64,000 nt of DNA from the human T2T-CHM13v2.0 reference genome, Homo sapiens: NCBI RefSeq assembly GCF_009914755.1, contig NC_060925.1; one strand, 5' to 3'. A program made the position numbers and the translations under genes. The notes under the pieces were generated by a model. The model was not told the origin of the DNA and did not search any database. It saw nothing but the letters and a program-made list of their open reading frames with translations. Positions 12,701-21,615 of this stretch are shown in pieces. Numbering within the stretch: position 1 is the first letter of the stretch; the number at the start of each line of letters is the position of its first letter.

Positions 12701-13966
12701 AGGATTGAAAATTCTAGAGTCACAGAACATATGGTGATTTTAGATGTTGTGGGTTAATAAAACTCGCCCTGCATGAGAACCTGAGATTCAGTCCAGCTGT
12801 CTAGATCTGTTTCTCTGGTAGTCCGATAAGGGTAAGCATGCCAACTATATTATTAAGCAAGCTTGCTTATGATAAAAATGATGTCACATTAGCAAATTGC
12901 ATCTGAACTAGGAGGCACCGCAAATAAACTCTAAGTTTATTTATTTATATGGAGGTGCTATGCTTTAGGCTTCTTTGAGTCCATGAGTCTTGTAATCAGC
13001 ATGCTGGTTGTGGAGAGTCTATAAAAAATGCCTGTAGATTTATTGCAAGAGTTATTAGTTCTTGTGGGGCAGAAGGCATTTAAGCCAGGACAATTCCTGC
13101 AGTGTGTGACATGGATCTCTTCCTGCCCCATTGTGGACGATAGCACATGAGTTGCTGCAAGGATGCCCAATGCTGTAGAGGGACACTTGAGACTATGGTT
13201 TTAGCAGGCTCAATTTTGTTCCTGTCCTTTTTAGTGAATTGGAGTCCTGCGTGGTGCACAGTTGTCTTATGAGATGACACGTTAAGTGTAACCTAATAAG
13301 GTCTCCTGATGGGTGCAGCAAAAGAGGTGATCATAATGAGCAGAACACAAGTGAGGGAGGGAGACAGGTGAAGATGGTCTCAGGCAGGGGGAAGAGCAGG
13401 CACGGAGGCCCTGGGGTAGGAGCAAGTTTGTCATGATGAAAGAGGAGCAAGAATGCAAGTGACGCAAAAGATTCGTGAGAACTTCTGCATCTGTGAATTC
13501 ATGCATGTGCCTAAACTTTTGGAGAGTAGGTGTGGTCATGGGAGTAACACAACCGAATGCAGTGTTCTCAAAGTGCTGTTGGGATCACTTCATTCCTTTT
13601 GTAAAATATTCATTAATGCTGAAAAAAATTGAATTCTGATGCTGTTTTGAAGGAACGAAACTGTGACTTATGTTCACAATATACAGAGCTGCTTTTATGT
13701 GCCTTTGTGGCCAATATCACATTCCCTGTAGATACACATTTTTCCCAATTTGGGAAACTCGGGGAGAGACAGCTACCCCTATTATCACCTCCCTCTTCCT
13801 GTGACCCCAACCCTTCATATGCTTTATGTAACTGACACTCTCAGGGTTAGATGAGCATTACTGTCTTTAGTCTTCAGATGCAAAAGTTAAATGACAGGAT
13901 CGCGGGTATGCCCTAAGGTGGTGGAACTGAGATATGAACTCAGATCTTTCGACATTTGTTTTTCTA

Positions 13967-13980
13967 CTGCCCCCTGGCGG
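13967..13980 (-). promoter_or_regulatory. Candidate CTCF site
   Basis: The minus strand reads CCGCCAGGGGGCAG, a close match to the CTCF core CCASYAGRKGGCRS. Local CpGs are retained. Confidence 0.65.
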
Positions 13981-14692
13981 TGGCGATCTTTGATCAATGA
14001 GACACGTATCTGGTTCGCTCCTTTTCCTTTTTAGGTAACTGAACCTTCCTGTGGAGTCTCTCTGCATTTCCCTCATTCCTAAAGAGTCAGTTCCTGTTCA
14101 GAATCTCATATTTGGACCTTTAATAGCCTCTGACTTGCTCTGGCTGTTTCCAGACATGGTCTCAGTCATTCCACTTCTGCGATCATTTCCCAGGCTGTGA
14201 TCATTGGTAAGCTATTATCAGAATGGACCATCTATTTCGGATACTCTATCAATTAACTGCAGATGTGATTGCTTGACCTAGTTGAATGCCCTTCAAAAGA
14301 AGGTGTACTCCAAGTCCAAGGAGGGATAGCCTTGATTGTTTTCTCACTTCCCTAGTCTAAATTCAATCTCTTGCTATGTATTTCTGAAAGGATCCCTAAC
14401 AAATTAAGATTGCTGGAGTTCGATGGGGTTTGGCTGGAAGAGCTAAAATTGGGCTGAGAGAGTTCAGAGGTTGCTTGGCAGCAACAGGGGCAGCAGAGAG
14501 TTGTTGCAAAAGGAAGCTATGGTGGACCGATAGAAGAAGGAATGGCTGCTCTATTGCCATCTCAAAGCTGCAGCCAAGAGCCAGCAACTAAGGAAGATGC
14601 AGGGTCAGCCAGCCTTGAAAATGGAATAGGTAGCCAGACAGAATTGGGATGACAGAAGAATCAAAGATAGCAAACGGAAGCCTTTAAGATGG

Positions 14693-15328
<636 letters not shown>

Positions 15329-15819
15329 CCCTAGGATAATGCTGGATAACAGACAATGATGCAAAGGGGCCCAGAAATGGTAGGGGAAAAGTAATGAGAG
15401 AGAGAGGCTGGAGGCTGGAGGCACAGACGGTCCTGACTGGGAGTTGTACTTTTTGACAAAGTGACAGCTTGAAGCTTCATTTTCTAACTTGGACTTTGCC
15501 TTTTATAATTTATTATAATGTAACTCTTTAAAGAGTGTGGGTAGGAAATATAGAATATCTGAGCTGGAAGTTCTCTTGGAGACTTTAGACTGAATAATAG
15601 GAATTGCAATTTGTTTTCTACTCCTGAAGCTACTACGATTAATTGGTTGAAGCTGCCCAAACCACTGGGTTGAGAAGGATTCTGAGGTTGTATCTTGCCT
15701 CAGTAGGAAAGAGCACAGTGATTGTCTTTCAGGGATGACACATATTTGCCATCATCCTTGATATAGTACAAAGGTCTCGAGGTTCTGGAGACCTACTGGA
15801 CTCTGTGAATTATTACCGA

Positions 15820-15960
15820 GCTCAGTTTCTTCATTTGTAAAATAGGAATAATTGTCAGGAATAATTTAATTCCTGGAATAATTGTCAGGAATAATTTCAG
15901 GATTGCTGTGGACATCAAATGATATATGTTAAGGGTCTAACACATGGTTATAAATGCTAA
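15820..15960. mobile_element. MIR fragment with an internal duplication
   Basis: MIR core 'ctcagtttcttcatttgtaaaataggaataat...caggattgctgtggacatcaaatga'. Confidence 0.7.
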
Positions 15961-15990
15961 TTTCCTTCTCATTTTCCATTTACTATTTGA

Positions 15991-16291
15991 TCATATTATT
16001 TATCAGGGGAAACGCCATATCGGGGGCACTAATCATTAGAGGGACTAGTCAGTTGCCGAAACCCCCAGTTGTAATTGGCATCACCATAAAGAAGATTATG
16101 ACGGATGCATGGGTGGTAACAATAACATTATAGATCTGATCGTCTCCTAATAGAGTTCCTGGTTGGCCTAATTCAGCTTGAATTAGGAGGCTTAAGGCAG
16201 TGCCTACTAGCCCCGCTCATGCACCAAATAGCAGATACAGTGTTCCGATATCTTTGTGATTAGTTGAAAACAATCAATGGTTGATGAACAT
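15991..16291 (-). pseudogene. MT-CO1: NUMT COX1 5' fragment (~100 codons)
   Basis: Begins ATGTTCATCAACCATTGATTGTTTTCAACTAATCACAAAGATATCGG (MFINHWLFSTNHKDIG in the mt code). Truncated just after the DMAFP motif. Confidence 0.95.
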
Positions 16292-16303
16292 TAGTGGAAA
16301 AAG

Positions 16304-16369
16304 GGTAAAATGACTGAGTAAGCATTAGACTATAAATCTAAAGACAGAGGTCAAGACCTCTTTTTACCA
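16304..16369 (+). tRNA. MT-TY: NUMT mt-tRNA-Tyr copy (anticodon mutated GTA to ATA)
   Basis: ggtaaaatgactgagtaagcattagactataaatctaaagacagagg...tttttacca. Confidence 0.85.
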
Positions 16370-16434
16370 GCCCTGAGGTGATTTTTCATGTTGAATTGCA
16401 AATTCAAAGGAGCAGCTTCAATCCTGCAGGGCTT
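16369..16434 (+). tRNA. MT-TC: NUMT mt-tRNA-Cys copy
   Basis: agccctgaggtgatttttcatgttgaattgcaaattcaaaggagcagcttc, anticodon GCA. Confidence 0.85.
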
Positions 16435-16466
16435 CTCCTGCCTTTTCCCCCCAGTGGCGGGAGAAG
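16432..16466. promoter_or_regulatory. NUMT light-strand replication origin (OL) stem-loop
   Basis: 11-bp stem cttctcctgcc / ggcgggagaag with one G-T pair, between tRNA-Cys and tRNA-Asn. Confidence 0.9.
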
Positions 16467-16539
16467 TAGATTGAAGCCAGTTGATTAGGGTATTTAGCTG
16501 TTAACTAAGTTTTCATGGGTTTGAATCCCACCGATCTAG
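16467..16539 (+). tRNA. MT-TN: NUMT mt-tRNA-Asn copy
   Basis: tagattgaagccagttgattagggtatttagctgttaactaa...gatctag, anticodon GTT. Confidence 0.88.
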
Positions 16540-16540
16540 C

Positions 16541-16609
16541 AAGGGCTTAGCTTAATTAAAGTGGTTGATTTGCATTCAATTGATGCAGAATAGAGTCTCG
16601 CAGTCCTTA
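16541..16609 (+). tRNA. MT-TA: NUMT mt-tRNA-Ala copy
   Basis: aagggcttagcttaattaaagtggttgatttgcattcaattgatgcaga...gtcctta, anticodon TGC. Confidence 0.88.
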
Positions 16610-16618
16610 GGTTTATTA

Positions 16619-16686
16619 CAGAAATTAAGTAAAATGTACTTACTAAGGGCTTTGAAGGTCCTTGGTCTTTTTTAACCTAAATTTCT
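16619..16686 (-). tRNA. MT-TW: NUMT mt-tRNA-Trp copy
   Basis: Reverse strand agaaatttaggttaaaaaagaccaaggaccttcaaagccc, anticodon TCA. Confidence 0.88.
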
Positions 16687-17720
16687 AAATAAATAACACT
16701 ACTGGAGAGACTGGTAAGAAGAAAATAGAAATGATAAGCAGAAGGAGGAGTAGTATGGTTTTTGTATTTTCGAATTGTCATTTTATTTTCATATTATTAG
16801 ATGTGGGGAATATTGTCATTGAGATGGAACAAATTAGGCGTATATAAAAGTACAGGTTGAGTAGCATTATAATAGCTATAACGTTCGGGGTAATAAGACT
16901 ATTGTTTTTTGTAAATTCTTGAATGATAATTCATTTAGGCAGGAATCGTGTTAATGGAGGTAAGCCACCTAGGGATAATAGAATTAGTGGAATTATAGGT
17001 GTTAATCATGTTAATTTATTTCAAGTGCCAGATAGTGATAGGGTTGTAGTGCATTTACTCAGGTTAAGTACTAGAAATGTGGTAATTGTTAAAATAAGAT
17101 AAACAATCAGATTTAGAATGGTAATGTCTGGGTTATAAGTTAGTACTGCTATCATTCAGCCTATGTGAGTACTCGAGGAGTAGGCTAGGATTTTACAGAG
17201 TTGTTTGATTAAGTCCTCCTCAACTGCCCACTATAATGGATAGAATTGTGGAAGGTAGGAGAATATCCATATTTATTAATGGGAAAATGTGAAACATAAG
17301 AGAGATGGGGGCTAGTTTTTGTCGTGTGAGAAGAAGTATGCCAGATATTAGAGAGGTTCCTTGGGTTACCTCTGGGACTCAGAAGTGAAAGGTGGCTATT
17401 CCTAGTTTTATTACTAGAACCATTATTATTATTAAGGATGAAAATTGATTAATAGTATTTATTATTGTTCATTGTCTGGAGGACAGGTTATTAGTAAGGA
17501 TACCTATTATGAGAATTATAGATGTGGTTGCTTGTGTAAGAAAATATTTGGTGGCTGCTTCTGTAGAGCAGGGATTAATTTTTTAAATCAAGATTGGGGT
17601 AAGAGCTAGTATCTTTATTTCTAGTCCTGTTCAGATAAGAAATCAGTGTGAGCCTAGCATTGTGTTAAGAGTTCCTATGAAAATAGTGAGGAAAATAATA
17701 AGTTGGGCTAATGGGTTAAT
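16687..17720 (-). pseudogene. MT-ND2: NUMT ND2
   Basis: Begins ATTAACCCATTAGCCCAACTT and contains the PFHFWVPEVTQG-like segment (cacctttcacttctgagtcccagaggtaacccaagg). Frameshifted. Confidence 0.93.
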
Positions 17721-17788
17721 TAGTACGGGAAGGATATAACCAACAGTTTTGGGGTATGGGCCTGATAGCTTATTTAGCTGACCTTACT
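17721..17788 (-). tRNA. MT-TM: NUMT mt-tRNA-Met copy
   Basis: Reverse strand agtaaggtcagctaaataagctatcaggcccatacccc...ccttcccgtacta. Confidence 0.9.
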
Positions 17789-17789
17789 T

Positions 17790-17860
17790 TAGGACTTGGT
17801 GTAATAGGTAGCACGAAGAGATTTGGATTCTCAGGGGTAGGTTCAATTCCTATAGTTCTG
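17790..17860 (+). tRNA. MT-TQ: NUMT mt-tRNA-Gln copy
   Basis: taggacttggtgtaataggtagcacgaagagatttggattctcaggggtaggttcaattcctatagttctg. Confidence 0.85.
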
Positions 17861-17926
17861 GAACTAAGAGGATTTTAACCTCTGTTGTTTACTCTACCAA
17901 GTAATTGTTTTGTCAGACATATTTCG
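17858..17926 (-). tRNA. MT-TI: NUMT mt-tRNA-Ile copy (anticodon loop damaged)
   Basis: Reverse strand gaaatatgtctgacaaaacaattacttggtagagtaaac. Confidence 0.82.
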
Positions 17927-18881
17927 TATGTTTGAGGTGGAATTCTGGAAATTAGAATACGTATTGAAGTATATCATATGCAGAATGCTGGTGTAAGTGG
18001 TATGGAATTTTTTCATAGAAGTTATATGAGTTGGTCGTAGTGGAATCAGGGGTATGCTATTCAAATTCATAAAAAGAGGGCAGTTAAAATGAGGGTTTTG
18101 GTAATGAAATTTATGGTATAGAGTTCTGGTGAATATATAGTGTGCAGTGATCCTAGGAAAATAGTAGTAGTTAGGGCATTTATCACGATAATATTCATGT
18201 ATTCTGCTATAAAGAAAAGGGCAAATGAACCTGCAGCATATTCAATGTTGAAACCTGAGACTAATTCTGACTCTCCTTCTGTTAGGTCAAAAGGGACTTG
18301 GTTAGTTTCTGCTAGCACGCAAATAAATCATATCATGGCTAGGGGCCATGATGGTAGGAGCAGTCATAGGAATTCTTGCATTGTGATGAGTGCATATAAG
18401 TTGAATGAGCCACTTATTAGTAGGACTGATAGCAGGATGATGGCTAGGGTGACTTCATGTGAGATTGTCTGGGCCACGGCTCGTAATATGCCGATCAGGG
18501 CATAGTTTGAATTGGATGCTCATCCTGATGATAGAATGGAGTAGACGGCTAGGCTTGATGTGGCTAATATAAATAGGAGGCTTACATTAAAATTAATTAG
18601 GGGATCCGGTATAGGGAGGGGGGTCCACAAGAGGAGAGCGATAGAAAGAGCCAGGGTTGGGGCAATAATATAAACGGGAATAGTAGATGTTGAGAATTGT
18701 AGGGATTCTTTGGTGAAAAGTTTTATTGCGTCAGCGAATGGTTGGAGCTTTCCATAGGGGCCTACCGTGTTAGGTCCTTTGCGTATTGTATATAGCCTAA
18801 GATTTTTCGTTCAATGAGTGTAAGGAATGCTATAGCGATTAGGGTGGGAATAATAAGTAGGAGGAGGTTAATTATAGGCAT
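17927..18881 (-). pseudogene. MT-ND1: NUMT ND1
   Basis: ATG CCT ATA ATT AAC CTC at 18881. ORF 18067..18318 gives [29 protein letters not shown]. Confidence 0.95.
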
Positions 18882-18883
18882 AT

Positions 18884-18958
18884 TGTTAAGAAGAGGAGTT
18901 GAACCTCTGATTGTAAAGTTTTAAGTTTTATGCAATTGCTGGGCTCTGCCATCTTAAC
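18884..18958 (-). tRNA. MT-TL1: NUMT mt-tRNA-Leu(UUR) copy
   Basis: Reverse strand gttaagatggcagagcccagcaattgcataaaacttaaaactttac. Confidence 0.9.
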
Positions 18959-20515
18959 AAACGCTGTTCTTGGGTAGGGTGTGTGATGATTTGTTAGATT
19001 GAGATAATATCATCTATGGGGCGAGGGCACTTTATGAAGTGGGCCCTATTTCTCTTGTCCTTCTGTACTAGGAGAAATGTTAAATAGATAGAAACTGACC
19101 TGGATTACTCTGGTCTGAACTCAGATCACGTAGGACTTTAATCATTGAACCAATGAACCCTTAATAGTAGCTACGTCATTAGGATGGCCTGATCCAACAT
19201 TGAGGTTGTAAACCCTATTGTCTATATGGACTCTAGAAAAGGATTGTGCTGTTACCCCTAGGGTAACTTCTTCTGTTGATCAAATTATTGAATCAATGTG
19301 TGTCAGCTCGCTTACACTAGTGCGGTCTTAGTCTAGGCTGTTTGGAGGTTGAATTATACTCCGAGGTCACCCCAACCAAAATTTTAATGCACAGACAGTA
19401 TGCTAAGGCCTGTAGGCTTTTTGAAGTTTTATTTGCATTAATGAGTTAAAGCTCCATAGGGTCTTCTTTTCTTATTTGTTTATACCCACCTCTTCACGGA
19501 TAGGTCAATTTCACTGATTACAAGTAAAAGACAGCTGAACCCTCGTGTGGCCATTCGTAAAAGTCCCTATTTAGGGAACAAGTGATTATGCTACCTTTGC
19601 ACAGTCAGGATACCGTGGCCGTTGAACATATGTCAGTGGGCAGGCAGTACCTCTAATACTGGAAATGCTAGAGGTGATATTTTTGGTAAACAGGCCGAGT
19701 AAGATTTGCAGAGTTCCTTTTACTTTTTGTAATCTTTCCTTAGAGCATGCCTGTGTTGGATTAACAGAATAAATAATAAGGTGCTTGTTATATTGCTTAT
19801 TAATATTAGGCTGTTAGTTGTCAGTGGGTTATTCCAGTCTGATATAAGCTTATGCAATGGAGAATATTTTCACGTTACTTATGTGAACATTATTGCTTCT
19901 ATTAAATAACAGATTAGTCCAAGGTGTTGTTAGGAGTTCAGTAAAGTGATTAGAATTTAAGATAATTAGATGTTGAGGTTGAACGCTTTCTTAATTGGTG
20001 GCTGTTTGTGGGTCAACTATGGGGGTAATGTTTTTTACTTTCTACAGAAAAGTTATTCCCTAGGGTCTAAAGAGCTGTCCCTCTTTAGACTAACAGACTT
20101 ACAGGGAGGTTAAGTAATTCTGTGGGTAAGTTTAAAGTTGAACTAAGATTCTATCTTGGACAACCAGCTATCACAAGGCTCCGTAGGCTTGTCACCACTA
20201 CTCATGAATTTTCCCACTATTTTGCCACACAGGTGGGTGTGCTCTTTCAGCTGTTCTTGAGTAGCTCGTCTGGTTTCGGGAGACTTGGCTATGGTTCTCT
20301 GTGTCAAGTTATTTCTAGCTAGTACATTATGCAGAAGGTAAAAGACTTTATCTTTGCTTTTTAGTGCTTAATTTAGTTCTTTCATCTTTCCCTTATGGTA
20401 GTGTATCTATTGCATCAAGGCATAAATTTCTATCGCCTACACTTTCGTCTAAGGTAAATGGTTTGATTGAGATGATTTAATAATATTTTTAGCGAGGTTT
20501 GGGGCTAGAATCGGC
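18959..20515 (-). rRNA. MT-RNR2: NUMT 16S rRNA copy (pseudogene)
   Basis: Conserved 16S motifs, e.g. reverse-strand aaagtcctacgtgatctgagttcagacc, and 5' end gccgattctagccccaaacc. Confidence 0.95.
19480..19554 (-). CDS. MTRNR2L11: Humanin-like 24-aa ORF [24 protein letters not shown]
   Basis: Hand translation: ATG GCC ACA CGA GGG TTC AGC TGT CTT TTA CTT GTA ATC AGT GAA ATT GAC CTA TCC GTG AAG AGG TGG GTA TAA. It matches my recollection of humanin-like 11. Translation in vivo cannot be shown from the sequence. Confidence 0.75.
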   Translation of the reverse strand: [24 protein letters not shown]

Positions 20516-20584
20516 TCCATGTGATCAGGTCGTGATGAAATCTTCCAGGTTTAAGCCGGATGCTTTAGGTTAAGCTACACTTTG
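20516..20584 (-). tRNA. MT-TV: NUMT mt-tRNA-Val copy (anticodon TAC to TAA)
   Basis: Reverse strand caaagtgtagcttaacctaaagcatccggcttaaacctggaagatttca. Confidence 0.85.
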
Positions 20585-20594
20585 TCCAAGTATG

Positions 20595-21543
20595 TTTGTC
20601 CAAGCGCACTTTCCAGTACGCTTACCATGTTACTATGACTTATTTCCTCTGAATGTATGTAGAGAGTTTTAGCTATAATAATTTTTAGAACATTTGAGGA
20701 GGGTGACGGGCGGTGTGTGCATGCTTCATGGCCTTATTCAACCAAGCACTCTACTCTTGGTTTCCTGCTAAATTCTCCTTGAGCCCTTAGATTTCATAAG
20801 GGTTGTAGTAATATTTTCTGGGTATAGAAAATGTAGCCCATTTCTTGCCACCTCATGGGCTACGCCTTGACCTAACGTTTTTATGTGTGTACTTGTGCTT
20901 ACTTTATTACCTTTTTAGGGTTTACTGAAGATGGCAGTATATAGGCTGGGGGCAAGAGGTGGTGAGGTATATCGGGGTTTATCGATTATAGAACAGGCTG
21001 CTCTAGAGGGGTATAAAGTACCGCCAAGTCCTTTGAATTTTAAGCTGTTGCTTGCAGTATTCTGGCGAATGGTTTTGTTAGTTTAACTATTAGAGCTTAG
21101 GGCTAAGCACAGTGGGTTATCTAATCCCAGTTAGGGTCTTAGCTATTGCGTCTTGAGGATATTAAAGCCACTTTCGTAGTATATTTTATTTCAGCTGGAA
21201 TTTTTCACAACGTAGATGGAGTTTAGCTTTATTGAGGGCAAACCTTAAACACTCTTTACACCGAGTTCTATTAGCTTGGGCTAATCACATGGCCGCGGTG
21301 GCTAGCATGAAATTGACCAACACTAAATATCAGTATAGCTTAAACTTTCGTTTATTGCTAACAATTTATCACTGCTGTTTCCCGTGGGGGTGTGGTTGAG
21401 TAAAGCGTTTTGAGCTGCATTTGTGCGTGCTTGATACTTGCTCCTTTTGATCTGGATGATCTAGAGGGCATTTTCACTGGGGCGGGGATGCTTGCATGTG
21501 TAATCTCACTGAGAGTTAAAGATAGGCCAGGACCAAACCTATT
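20595..21543 (-). rRNA. MT-RNR1: NUMT 12S rRNA copy (pseudogene)
   Basis: The reverse strand begins aataggtttggtcctggcc, contains cacacaccgcccgtcaccc, and ends gtaacatggtaagcgtactggaaagtgcgcttgga. Confidence 0.95.
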
Positions 21544-21615
21544 TGTTTATGGGGTTATGCAGACGCATCCAGACATTTTCAGTGTCTTGCTTTAAAATAA
21601 TTAAGCTACTTTAAC
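21544..21615 (-). tRNA. MT-TF: NUMT mt-tRNA-Phe copy
   Basis: Reverse strand gttaaagtagcttaattattttaaagcaagacactgaaaatgtctggatg, anticodon GAA. Confidence 0.88.

Noticed and set aside
16619-16686. tRNA-Trp(TCA) as a cytosolic opal suppressor
   Set aside because: TCA is the normal mitochondrial Trp anticodon, and I see no convincing Pol III A/B boxes or evidence of expression.
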